From a virus (taxonomy: Duplodnaviria > Caudoviricetes), in the IMG/VR virus record IMGVR_UViG_3300008952_000052, positions 1 through 59,885 of that record: 59,885 nucleotides of DNA; one strand, written 5' to 3'. The position numbers were made by a program, and so were the translations under genes. The notes beneath the pieces were generated by a model, which saw only the letters and a program-made list of their open reading frames with translations, was not told the origin of the DNA and ran no database searches. Positions 33,901-43,800 of this stretch are shown here, piece by piece. How positions within the stretch are numbered: the stretch's first letter is position 1; the number at the start of each line of letters is the position of its first letter.

Positions 33901-34438
33901 TTGTAAGGGCATTAACAGAAGTATCTACAACAATGGTAGTGCTTGCTTTCACACTTGGAGCTATCAGGGTTTTCCATACCTCCAAGAAAACGAAATCTGT
34001 TCTTTTAATGGTTGTATTTGTTCCATCATAGACCTTTGGGATCTGTAATGTAATGAGATTGTCTTCATCAACAACCGTAGTGGAATATTCCACTACTATT
34101 GGACAACCAGCTACCATCACTGTAGCTCTTTTCATATGAAAGCCATTAGCTACAAATGCAGCATCAGCGATATCTCTGAATGTGAAATCAGAGTATCCAT
34201 CTCTAAATGTCGTTCCTCTGACAAATCCTGATTGAATCTGAGAGCGACCTATCAAAGTACGAAGATAGTTAGAAATATCTCCAGAGATATTTAGCTCACT
34301 GTCTAATACAGGCTTTCCTGATTGATAGACAACATGATCATAAGACCTTTCCCCTGTCTTAAGATGTCTGGAAACTTGATTGGGCAGACCTGATGAATTG
34401 AGGTCGCCATAAAACTTATTGTGATCTTTTAAAGCCAT
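30971..34438 (-). CDS. virion structural protein (1155 aa); paralog of 11537-17512
   Basis: VVYQSGKPVLDSELN, RTDFVFLEVW, RVQIQYRIRV, GTVDGFVYAIPICFIFRR, DILDLRR; GAGGT SD. Confidence 0.8.
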   Translation of the reverse strand: MALKDHNKFYGDLNSSGLPNQVSRHLKTGERSYDHVVYQSGKPVLDSELNISGDISNYLRTLIGRSQIQSGFVRGTTFRDGYSDFTFRDIADAAFVANGFHMKRATVMVAGCPIVVEYSTTVVDEDNLITLQIPKVYDGTNTTIKRTDFVFLEVWKTLIAPSVKASTTIVVDTSVNALTIGDRIEIATAPFDCVAAGTGQPTVPSSVNWEIGGTDIATAANIAAAINQGSAGVTADNNGTSTVTIKVDLPGASGNATAISVTMVNAGCLTLAGNFTGGEDRLNKPAQDKIYRHGNVLSPTATWLDDDLVDPIIDTESTQRVQIQYRIRVTGDDEGVNHKMHPDGFTTPRNIVGPTGQINAQGSQTSPVDLYPFVPADGASTRDTSSAVNYDIVDQGLFIAGDGSASSAAALGTVDGFVYAIPICFIFRRSDTFNSPLAHKGFDPVNNTNGAPTYNHTGYTGPLGAIPAGLSDRPDNAFCDAINENDILDLRRHVSFGHLDLKAEIQYQMQSLLDGKFRSWAIDASSKNTLGGSSGDVSTRFLVCNEVGREQGKDGNPPFSGDTNRGQTIRSFDHIARRFGDQPVVERAVFAFYPGDRSTATAPAQGLGTINDGKHVTKTGVSTIRWCEGDKLHVDLSSFDASSNGFVYDGLTLQASATGIGDPSVVNFAPSGMLITDILNVKHDDGHFVNSTVQDVQIKHISGLGTTHVEITLDTNDQLVSGGMPVTGPNPEYKMIATSAATDGSPRRIFVEVEVTYPLGNGLTDTPDHQVTPDISANSPYPYGEIVECGGISQRPDDMEYPLNPQWREGYREVSLEYVAGQNGGGAAIGSVSGTEQYIVSANRTNLHFPRRVYRDKYQLLTVTDESNTTNMGIDDSQSTYGSSERKVVLSGNLNGNGHTLCKITYFAQDPIPNYGAKGGGYQIAAYFRTNAPQTCGVKEGDINDVVPSTLEVEPLLVDDNIWTGQIGMGAVEGSFPYAASLDQIAINDGSTLDTSSWVAGMTHEWFFCATSQIEIDDFDANTGLLALHPFVQEDRTEYLKLGGSTNVEKPRKDMEFRLYYPLADNTTYRPTILTQPLSGAVRHKVFIPMLARATADAITSTGGVLYRKNELLLIVISRFAELDADNTVKFIDAPDNRTCAAVYRTKNLLLLVGD

Positions 34439-34450
34439 TTCACAACCTCA

Positions 34451-35086
34451 TTAAAAAGACAAACGCCATGTAAGGGTGAGAATAGCGGTTGAGGGTTTGG
34501 TTACAACACTGAAGGTCAAATAATTCACAAGCGTATCATACAGCGAAGTATCAATTGTACTGTCATACGATGCTGGTGGATTATTTGTATTCTTATTTGT
34601 CTGAGAATTATGCTTAGTGGATAACAGACCCATCTCATTCAAAGGCCCAACTGCCTCTGCCTCTCCAAAGGTGGTCGTGAAGTCTACTATGTTAGTAGGA
34701 TAGGAGACTGCTACACCACTTGAAGTCCTAAAGGTCGTAGACGAAAAAGCTTTGCGAGCAATTTCATTGTTCAACGACCTCTGGTCATTGCTTGGAGCAT
34801 CAGGAGAAAGGATAGCCCCTGTAGCCCCCGTACCTACTGCAAGCATATTCAGACCATGTAGTGGTTCTGAGTTATTTCTAAAAAGACGGGCTGCTAAAAT
34901 CCCAGCATCTTTTGTGATAATATTATCTTTTTCCCAATGTTCTAAGACCTCTCCTGTCCTCGCATCCTCCATATGAAGAATAAATCTTCCTTTTGGAAGA
35001 AGGAGAGATTCACTATGGGAAAGCCCTAATCCAACCTTCACAGCTTGATTTGCCCTTTTAATTCTTTCATTATAAGGCTGTCGCAT
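34451..35086 (-). CDS. tail-collar fibre-like (DUF3751-like) baseplate/fibre attachment protein
   Basis: NIIT...LAVGTG...SLNNEIARK...FTTTFGEAEAVGPLNEMGL...K.....LTLTWRLSF pattern; GGAG SD. Confidence 0.7.
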   Translation of the reverse strand: MRQPYNERIKRANQAVKVGLGLSHSESLLLPKGRFILHMEDARTGEVLEHWEKDNIITKDAGILAARLFRNNSEPLHGLNMLAVGTGATGAILSPDAPSNDQRSLNNEIARKAFSSTTFRTSSGVAVSYPTNIVDFTTTFGEAEAVGPLNEMGLLSTKHNSQTNKNTNNPPASYDSTIDTSLYDTLVNYLTFSVVTKPSTAILTLTWRLSF

Positions 35087-35123
35087 GTTTTCTCCATTTA
35101 CATATATCTCTACTTGTATTCAT

Positions 35124-35140
35124 AGATAGAATTACTATCG
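35124..35140 (-). promoter_or_regulatory. candidate late-type promoter
   Basis: cgATAGtaattcTATCt in the intergenic gap before the 211-aa gene. Confidence 0.35.
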
Positions 35141-35147
35141 TGATTTT

Positions 35148-38100
35148 TTAATTTGCAGACTGTAATACTTGTTCGTGTGAGGTTGAGGTTGGTAGTAATG
35201 ATCCCCCCTGCAATACTATACCGTTGGAATACGAACCCCCATTCAAAAGAGAGCCTGTTGTAAATAGTGATCCAATAGGATTAGAAGTGACACCATCACC
35301 AATTTCTATTTGCTGATTACCATCTGGAGTAAGGGAGGGAAGCCCACCCCACGGGCCCAGTCTTGGATAATTCCCAGCCTGAGAAACTGAAAGATAGCAA
35401 CCAGCATCAGCCGAATTTGGTGCTGTCGGAGTATTAGAGTGTCCTGTTGGAGCATAGGGAGACAGTGGTACGGGTGCATCCTCCTGTAAATCTGTATCCG
35501 CTCCTTGTGAATTCACTTGGTTTAGCTTGAATACCCACAATGTCCTTCTTTGATGGTTCCCAGCAGCCAAGGGATAGGTAAGGGTAGAGGTGCTATTCGT
35601 CAGACCACCCAAAGCCCTTTTACCACCACTGGCAAAAAGCAAAGTTTGAGGCATTCCCCCAAGTTGTTGAAAAGAAGGAATTAGTGGGAGATTATTTCCG
35701 TTCTCCGTGAAAGGTCTTCCCTCTAATGCAATTTCTCGGAATCCATGTTCAGGATAGGGTGAGTCACATATCGAAGTGATTAAACCAGCTTCTCCATCAT
35801 TTTTCACATCGTAAAAATCCATACTATCATACTGAGCCTGAGCCTCTTCTACGAAGGTGACTGCTGTGTGGGGATCGTTTAAGACAAGACCACCAAGAGC
35901 ATTTAAAGGATTATATGGATCTGAAAGGGGGGAGCCTGACTGTAGTACTCTCTCTGCATCTGCAATTCTATTCTTGGCAAAAGAAGGAACCCCCTCATTC
36001 AAGAGAGTGATACTGTCTAAGAGGGGTTGAGCTTTAAGATAGGTATCTGTGATCTTGTCTTTCACCGCACAAACTACGGTTGTGATTTCATGTTCTTGTG
36101 AAAGTATCCCAAGCTCTAAGGTGATAAGTTGAGCTTCTTCATTAAAGGACCAGCTTGTCATTGGAACAATCTGATCTCCCACAATAACTTTGAAGATGCG
36201 ATCAGCATAAATATGTGCTGGGTGTAGGGAGATATGTGTGGAATCCATACTCTTAATGGAAAGGACTTCAGGGGTTATATCTTCAGTAGCCTCCCCACTA
36301 TGGATCATATTGTATTGGTTTAGAACCATATTCTCTGGTGATCTATAATCATCTATTGGATGATCAAAGATGCGGTATCTCAACCATTCCCATCGTTGTT
36401 GTGATAGAGAAGTGGTTCCAAAACTAAGGTATCCCAAGGATCTTGGAGAAGTCTTCACAGGAAGTTGTGAGTACTCTACATTTATCCAACCAGCACTTGG
36501 CTGCGTAATGTCGGTAGCATAATCTCCATTAAAATAAGGTGGTGGGCCAAGCGTGTCTATAAGTATAGTTACTCCCCACTCCATATCTCTGTGAATTCGG
36601 AAGTCCACCCAATCCGACCAATTGACTTCTTGTATCTGTACCTCTGTCAAAGAAGAATTCGGCTCCCTACTGGCATCTATCCTTGGCAATTCCCAAGAGT
36701 TTATATCTGTAGGATTTCTACCAAGCCACACACCAAGAGTTTTCTTCATCCCTGCTGGTGGAGACATTTGATAGAACATAGAAGTGAAGTGAATTTCAGC
36801 CCCTGTCTGATTCCAAATGATTTTCTCTTCATTAGCAGAAGGTGTTGAAATCAAATTCGCCCAAGTGACAGTAGTTAAAACTGCTCCGTCTACGGATAAA
36901 CTTAAAGCCCCATTTGCTTTTACAAAGCGATAGGTGTGCTGTTTTTTATCTGTCCAGTCAAAAGCTGCTGAGAAGAGAGTCTGTGAAGACCCTTGGAAAG
37001 CTATCCCACCATCATAAAACAGGACTTCGATAGGAGTGTCTTTGAAATTTAATGTGAAAGTGAAATCAGCATAGCCAGCATTCAAAGTGTAGCTCTCAAC
37101 CGAAAACCTCAATTCCACTTCACGATTTGTTGGATCTGTGAAGCCTAATCCAGTTGTTGATAGTGCTTCTGTTGAAAAAGTATGCGTACCTGACAGAATC
37201 GCCAGAGAGCTTTCAATCTTAGCTGCTGTGATCTGTCCATTGTGAGAAACAAAGGGAAGAGTGATTATTCGTCTTTTCTCTGAAAAACCAACTCCCTGCT
37301 CCTCGGTATAGGCAATAGGAGCTACTTCAACTGCTCTGATCGTATCCCATATTTCTATGATTTTGTAAGGCTTACAGAAATTCTCTACCCTCATTTTGAT
37401 AGCAACATCAAGATTCACTTTGTTTGTGAGAAAGGGTTCAATTCTGGTGTAGATCCTCCCATCACTTCCTACTGTATCTTTCAGTAATAGGGCATCTCTG
37501 CTACTATCAATCTCAGCATATCCACCATCCTTTTCCAAAAACCATTCACTATGTGGATTTTCTTGAGGGAGATCCCCCAATTCTGTAAAAACCCTATGAC
37601 CAAGAGAAGTCTCTTTATGTTTGGACGGAGACACACTATATCTGAAGAAAGACCAAGAGGAATTACTCACCGCATTGGGGTCTATCGCCCCCCAAATGAC
37701 CTGTCCTTCCTTAGAGGTGTCTAACCCCAACAATACTGGCTCAGTCAACTCAGGAGGCTCTGAGATGGTCAGACACACCCCTGAGATATGTCCTGAGATA
37801 TAGACCTCACAAGTCTTTTCGTGATGGAGAGAGGTCATTCTATAGGTATTTCTATCTGAATATAAAACCTCAAAAGAAATCTTAAAGAAGGCATTTCCAA
37901 AAATGGTGTGGTCTACAGGAAAAGCCTCTTCAATAACCAAAGTGGTTGTACCAAAGATTTTATCTTCAACAATTTCACTTATGGTATACACCCCTGCTTG
38001 GGTTCCTTCAAATATCTGAAACCGTCGATCTGGCTCTAATGATGTCGGAAGATCTGTTGAAATGACTTTAATAGTGTTCTTACGAGTTATTTCACAATCT

Positions 38101-40826
38101 ATTGTGAAACCAATCTCCCAAGATTCAAACAAATCCTTTCTGGCAGCATCCTTGAGGAACCCTATGTGTTCCACGGAATTGATTTTTAATGCTCCCACAA
38201 AGAACAGGTTGTGATTGTTGTGGAACCCAAAGCCTGTTCCACAGAACACACCGTTGGGAGTATAAGAAAGCATCTCAAAACGAGAGACTAAATTCACTGC
38301 GCTATCAAAAGAGAAATCTTGATCTTTATAGTAATAAGCAAGGGAACCATCCACCGCATAGGTTCCCTCCCCAATCTCTATGGAGCCGTTGTCTGTTCCA
38401 ACTAACCCCCACCCATCTGTAGCTGGACTAATTAAACCCTCATAGACACAAGTATATCCTTCCAACTCTCTCTCAAATTTATCCACAGAAATGTTGTTGG
38501 GGTTTTGATTGAGCAGCAGTGTCACAGGACTATTTAGACTGGCTGTATAATCTCGCTCAAACCCTAAGTACCGGTGACCTATGTATAAAGGATCTCTCCT
38601 CTTAGACATGGGTAGGGTGATACCCATTGGAAATCTTGCAGTATCAGGAGATCCTTTGTTGGGAGAAGCTTGTGAAGCTCCGTGGTTTCCTTTTCTCAAA
38701 TCCCACTTGTTGAGTACTGCTCCTTCTGTATTCAACCCTAAAATCTCTACTGGAGGAGTGGGAAACCACTTATAGTCAGTGGTAACTGCCATTTCTCCCA
38801 TTGGCATCAAAGGAACAGGAACCGCCAAAGAGACTTTTCCCATATATGGATTAACTGTCTCTATCTCTACTTCTTGTTTTGGGTTGGAGAGATACTGGAG
38901 ATAGACTTTCACATCTTGTTTTGTGGCAAGGGTGTTGTCTCCCCACCCTTTCACTAATGGGCCTCTCTCCGTCAGAAGATGATCTCTTGTAAATTCAGCG
39001 GAGCCAATAAAAGTAGAGGGTGTATTATGCATGAAATTCCATGCCTTGGAATACACCGTTGCAGAAGAATTCACATTGAGACTATGAAAGTGAAAATTGA
39101 TTACTTTATAGGCGGCTGCAAGCTCTACCTTCGCTCCAGTATAACTTCCAGCAGTCACAAAGCTGGCTACACCAAAGGTTCCAATAGGAATCCCGTCTAC
39201 CAAGAACACATATACATCAGCCTTCTTATTTCTCAGAACGGTGACTGTTTTTGTTCCCGTAGACCAATTCACTGCAATGGTAGAGATGCCAAGTATGTTG
39301 AGGTATTCCTGACCCCCCGTTTTCTGTAGAGCCATCTGTACTTCTATAGCTCCATCAGAAGTAGAGAAAGTGCAAAAGGTTCCGTTAATAGCAGGGTCTG
39401 TAAGAGTATTCTCAGCATTGAAAGTAAAATCTACACGGTAAGTGCTGTTCGGGGCTGTCAACTTGCCGCTGGTGTCCTCAAATTGCCACCCGTAAGGGTT
39501 TCCAGCCTCTTTAGAGAGGGATAGGAAAGTGCTGGAATAGGACGTTCCTGTTCCTAATTCTGAGCCTGTAAATGAGGTGCTTGCAGAAGGGAGATATGAC
39601 CCATCATATTCTATTGCAGTAGCATCAGAAATCAGAGAAGTGTAATTAAGAGAAGTCATTCCCTTAACAGCTAACTTCACTTTCTTGAAGTCATTTCCAT
39701 AACGAGGAACCCCGTAATGCGTAGCAGTAGTAACTGTGATTGGTATTGGATAGCTTGGTGTAGAATTGAAGCTATAAGAAGTAGGGTTTTCAACACCATT
39801 GGGAAATTCACTTTCTGACAGAACATCTTGTGAAAACTGAACCAGAAGCGTATTTCCAGATGTTGGAGATACAGTATACGAAGGCTGAGAGCCTTTTGTG
39901 AGAAGTTGAATTTCATTAGACTGAATTCCATAACTCTCATCCACATCAACAGGGATAACAATCTCATTTCCAGAAACATCTGTAATAGGATTGGTTATCC
40001 GTATTTTGTAGAAGCCACCCAACATTGTTCCAGTATGGGTGATAATCACACTGAGAACACCACCAGAATAATCTCCAGAGCCAGCATTGAAGGTGTCTCT
40101 GCTTCCTACTCTCACTGATACTGTATCGCTTGCTCCACCTGTTACTGCTGTAATTTCATAAGTAGACACTTGAAGGAGGTGGGGGTTTTCTTCATCCATA
40201 GCTTCTGAGAAGAATATCTCAATCTCAAAACCATTGAGAGAAGTGGCACTTGCCAGAGTGGGGAGGGTTAATTCTGTGGAACCGTAGTGCCAAAGACCAT
40301 AGGGGTCACCACCATAACCACCGCTTATCGCAAAAGTGACAGCAGGGAATTGACCGTTTCCATAAGGGTCTTCACCATGTGGAGATTCCCCATAACCACC
40401 AACAATCTGTTCAGGGATTTTACCAAGCAGCCCATTCCCATAAGCAAAATGACCAAAGAAACTACCCCCATACCCCTCAGAAATGCTTTCTGGTTGGTGT
40501 GAATAGGGTGGGGATACAGAGGATGGGGTTGGGAAAGCCCATACACCATAAGGGTTGTTTCCGTATTGCTGACCCCCGTATCCTTGATTAACGAAGTTGC
40601 TGAGTTTGGGTTCTTCAGCACTCCAATCTACACCACCGTATGCTCGTAACCCATATGCAGATCCTGAACGGACTTCTTGGGAATAATGCACACCTCCGTA
40701 TCCAGCAGCCTGTGGGTGTGCTGGAGGAACAAAGAGAGCAACGAAGTCATGTTCAAAAGGGCCGAAGCCATAAACGGAACCTTCAAAGCTCTCCGAAGGG
40801 TCAAAATAATTAGGAGGATAGGGCAA
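35148..40826 (-). CDS. large virion protein (1892 aa) with N-terminal GYG repeats, Ig-like and lectin-like beta-sandwich regions
   Basis: TTG start with GAGGTG SD; repeated GYGxxxYGxxxYG; PTLASATS...IEIFFSEAM Ig-like starts. Confidence 0.8.
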   Translation of the reverse strand: MPYPPNYFDPSESFEGSVYGFGPFEHDFVALFVPPAHPQAAGYGGVHYSQEVRSGSAYGLRAYGGVDWSAEEPKLSNFVNQGYGGQQYGNNPYGVWAFPTPSSVSPPYSHQPESISEGYGGSFFGHFAYGNGLLGKIPEQIVGGYGESPHGEDPYGNGQFPAVTFAISGGYGGDPYGLWHYGSTELTLPTLASATSLNGFEIEIFFSEAMDEENPHLLQVSTYEITAVTGGASDTVSVRVGSRDTFNAGSGDYSGGVLSVIITHTGTMLGGFYKIRITNPITDVSGNEIVIPVDVDESYGIQSNEIQLLTKGSQPSYTVSPTSGNTLLVQFSQDVLSESEFPNGVENPTSYSFNSTPSYPIPITVTTATHYGVPRYGNDFKKVKLAVKGMTSLNYTSLISDATAIEYDGSYLPSASTSFTGSELGTGTSYSSTFLSLSKEAGNPYGWQFEDTSGKLTAPNSTYRVDFTFNAENTLTDPAINGTFCTFSTSDGAIEVQMALQKTGGQEYLNILGISTIAVNWSTGTKTVTVLRNKKADVYVFLVDGIPIGTFGVASFVTAGSYTGAKVELAAAYKVINFHFHSLNVNSSATVYSKAWNFMHNTPSTFIGSAEFTRDHLLTERGPLVKGWGDNTLATKQDVKVYLQYLSNPKQEVEIETVNPYMGKVSLAVPVPLMPMGEMAVTTDYKWFPTPPVEILGLNTEGAVLNKWDLRKGNHGASQASPNKGSPDTARFPMGITLPMSKRRDPLYIGHRYLGFERDYTASLNSPVTLLLNQNPNNISVDKFERELEGYTCVYEGLISPATDGWGLVGTDNGSIEIGEGTYAVDGSLAYYYKDQDFSFDSAVNLVSRFEMLSYTPNGVFCGTGFGFHNNHNLFFVGALKINSVEHIGFLKDAARKDLFESWEIGFTIDCEITRKNTIKVISTDLPTSLEPDRRFQIFEGTQAGVYTISEIVEDKIFGTTTLVIEEAFPVDHTIFGNAFFKISFEVLYSDRNTYRMTSLHHEKTCEVYISGHISGVCLTISEPPELTEPVLLGLDTSKEGQVIWGAIDPNAVSNSSWSFFRYSVSPSKHKETSLGHRVFTELGDLPQENPHSEWFLEKDGGYAEIDSSRDALLLKDTVGSDGRIYTRIEPFLTNKVNLDVAIKMRVENFCKPYKIIEIWDTIRAVEVAPIAYTEEQGVGFSEKRRIITLPFVSHNGQITAAKIESSLAILSGTHTFSTEALSTTGLGFTDPTNREVELRFSVESYTLNAGYADFTFTLNFKDTPIEVLFYDGGIAFQGSSQTLFSAAFDWTDKKQHTYRFVKANGALSLSVDGAVLTTVTWANLISTPSANEEKIIWNQTGAEIHFTSMFYQMSPPAGMKKTLGVWLGRNPTDINSWELPRIDASREPNSSLTEVQIQEVNWSDWVDFRIHRDMEWGVTILIDTLGPPPYFNGDYATDITQPSAGWINVEYSQLPVKTSPRSLGYLSFGTTSLSQQRWEWLRYRIFDHPIDDYRSPENMVLNQYNMIHSGEATEDITPEVLSIKSMDSTHISLHPAHIYADRIFKVIVGDQIVPMTSWSFNEEAQLITLELGILSQEHEITTVVCAVKDKITDTYLKAQPLLDSITLLNEGVPSFAKNRIADAERVLQSGSPLSDPYNPLNALGGLVLNDPHTAVTFVEEAQAQYDSMDFYDVKNDGEAGLITSICDSPYPEHGFREIALEGRPFTENGNNLPLIPSFQQLGGMPQTLLFASGGKRALGGLTNSTSTLTYPLAAGNHQRRTLWVFKLNQVNSQGADTDLQEDAPVPLSPYAPTGHSNTPTAPNSADAGCYLSVSQAGNYPRLGPWGGLPSLTPDGNQQIEIGDGVTSNPIGSLFTTGSLLNGGSYSNGIVLQGGSLLPTSTSHEQVLQSAN

Positions 40827-40838
40827 ACGGTCACCTCA

Positions 40839-43800
40839 TTAACTTTCTTGCTTGAATTTAGCTGTCACCCTACCAACCATATGAGGGATTCGGTCATTTG
40901 TTCTTCCAGATGGGAAAGCAATATTTATAGTCACTCGCAAAGTATCTCCAGCGTTGGGAACGGTTGCCAAACTACTAAGATCAAGATCCGCATTTGAATT
41001 TTCAAAAAGATAGTTGTTAATGGTTCCTACATTCACACCAGCATTTATTGTCGTAGCCGTATTAGCTTTAGCTTCCTGTCCAATTAGCACTCCATCAGCG
41101 GTGTTGTGAAGGCTCAGAGTGATGGTGGGTCTGTCTGAAGCATCTATATCTACAATAGATCCCATGATGTCATCACATTGTCCGTAATACCAGATTTTCA
41201 CTTCAAACAGTGCATTTGTACCACCAAAATCACCACCCATCTTATTAGCTGGATACGGAATAGCTATCTCAGTGTAGTAATTTAAATCTGAGGTAATCGC
41301 TTGCGCTTGGGTGTTTGTAAGGAACCAACCAACCATTTCTTCAGAAGAAGATGTGTCGGATTTAAGTGTTGGGGTATAAAGGTGTCTGCTGTTTCCAATA
41401 CTTTGAACAAAATCCACCTCGTTTGTTGAAGGGTTAATATCATCTGGATAAGCTATGTCTCTCCCCTTTCTTACAACAACAAGCTCTCTGGCATCAATAA
41501 TCTGAGATTTCTTAGAAGCCGTGTATTGATGGTGTAGGGTTGAGGTTAATGGTGATCCAGTTTCAGTGGCTGAGATAGTAGATGGTTCTTTCGCACCAAT
41601 TACCCAAGCAGCCCCATCCCAAACATTAGTAGTAGTGCTGGCATCTACACCAATCTTGATAGCTTTAGCAAAAGTAGTTTTCCCAGCAGAAATAACCAAC
41701 GAGGCTGTAGAAGTACCATTAATAAGGGTCTTAATAAAACATTGGGAATCCTCTTGACCATTTGAAGCATCTGTCAACTGGAAATTAAAGAAGCCCAATC
41801 CCTTATTGTTAAATTCGTATTTGGTTTCTATCCCCCCACCCTTATCAGGGGCAGCTTCTGTCTCATGTTCGATCTGGAGAATTCTACAAATCTCAGAACC
41901 GTTAGTAGCGGTACTATCAGAATTCCCCTGCACTTTAAATGTAGTCTTATTTGTAGCAGCGGCAGCCTGTATCGTTGCAGTCTGTTCCTCAGAAAACTGA
42001 AGTAAAATACCGTTAACACCATCGTCTAAATTTGAAAGCTGGAATGACCCGTTGTTCATTCGGAGCATTCCATATGCGGTTGGTATGGCTGGATCATTAC
42101 CAAAAATAACAAGACCATTGGCTCTTGTTGTTCCGTTCGGAAAAGTTGAATCGAAAGGTGTAATGTCTCCAGAAGTGATTTTTATGATATTGCTTCCAGT
42201 AGCCTTTCCAAAGATAAACTGGTCTTCTTGCCAGAGATTTCCATAAACCCCCTGCAAACCTAAATTATGTCTTGCTCCTCTTGCCGTTTCTTCAGTATCA
42301 ATATGTAATACCGCTTTCCATCCGAAAGGTTGGAGAGTATACGAGATGCCTCCACCAGCATCATTTTCCATCGCAGTACCAGAGACAGCAATATCGTAGG
42401 TTGCTGTGGGGTTAATGGCTTGAAGAAGAACGTCATAGTATGGTTGATTCGGCCCAGTATTTGTAGTCTCAACACTACTACTGTAATTGGTGATTAGAAC
42501 CAACAATGTATTGATAGCACCAGCTAAAGCCACCTTAGTAGTAGTAATAGTTGCAACATCAATATTCGCTGATGCTACCGTGGGTGATACAACACTCCAA
42601 GTATTGTCTGTGGCTCCATTGCTATTAAGATTAATGGTATAGGTGGCAGATTGAATTCCAGCCCCGTTACCATTATCAACTTTAAGAATCAATTCTTGTG
42701 GTAGGCTGGCAATCGCTGGAACCCCTTCAACCATCAGAGTAGCAGCAGAGAGATCCTTACCTTGGTGGTCTATTCTAAAGACACCATACTGATCTCTACC
42801 AACTCTCCACTCATCTTCATTGGCTCCAACACCAGAATTCGTAAGCTCTAAATAGGAAGCCATATTTGAATTGGAACTGTCAACCGTGAGGGTCTTATTG
42901 GCACTATCAAACAAAAGCTCTGCCTGTCCAACAACATTTCCAGCACCATCAAAGACACCTACTTGTTGGGCTGACCCACTACCAGAAAGGTTTCCACTAC
43001 CTGTCAAACCATTCCAAATCCCACTATGCTTCACCTTTATTGCATTAACAGTAGTATCAAAAACGAGCGCACCATCTCTGTACTCAGTAGCAGTTGGAAG
43101 GGAGGCTGTTGGATAGGAATTCAGGGCAAGAGGTGTTTCAAATCTGACTTGTGCTGCTTGAGTACTGGAGGTATCCTTAAAGAAGGAGAACATAGTTGTC
43201 CAACCCGGATTATCACCATAATCAAAATCTACCTGACTCTCCAGATTAGCAATGTCTGTGAAGTTGCTAATCTGTCTCATTATATAGACAGCCCCGTCAG
43301 TAGCCTCACCTCTCCAAACAACCCCCGTTCCATGTCCAGTTGTGAGGTTTGCCTTTGTTTCAGCATAGGTGGATGCGAAATGGTGGGAAGATTTACCATA
43401 AGAATTCGACCCCTCCATTACATGGAATCCTCTTTCACTACCTCCACTGTCAGCAAAGTGAAGACCTTTATCCTTGGTTCCACCTTGGTCTGATTGCACA
43501 AATATAGTTTGAACAGTGGAAGCAACCTCTCCAAATGTCTGAGTAGCAGTGTTAGGAACGAGGTTCGTACTGTTCTCTGACCAGTTAGTCAGACCGCCAC
43601 TACCACCCATAGCAGACCAGTTACCACCATCCCACACCTTCACTTCGTTAGTAGTGCTGTCATAGGCGATTGTGCCAGCTAAGATCGTTCCTGATGAGGG
43701 CAAGCTGCCTGTAGCATAGTTTTTCAAGAGAAGGGGAACTTCAAACCTAACTTGAGCGATTTTGGAATTCGCAGTGTCTGCAAACAAAGAGAACATTGTT

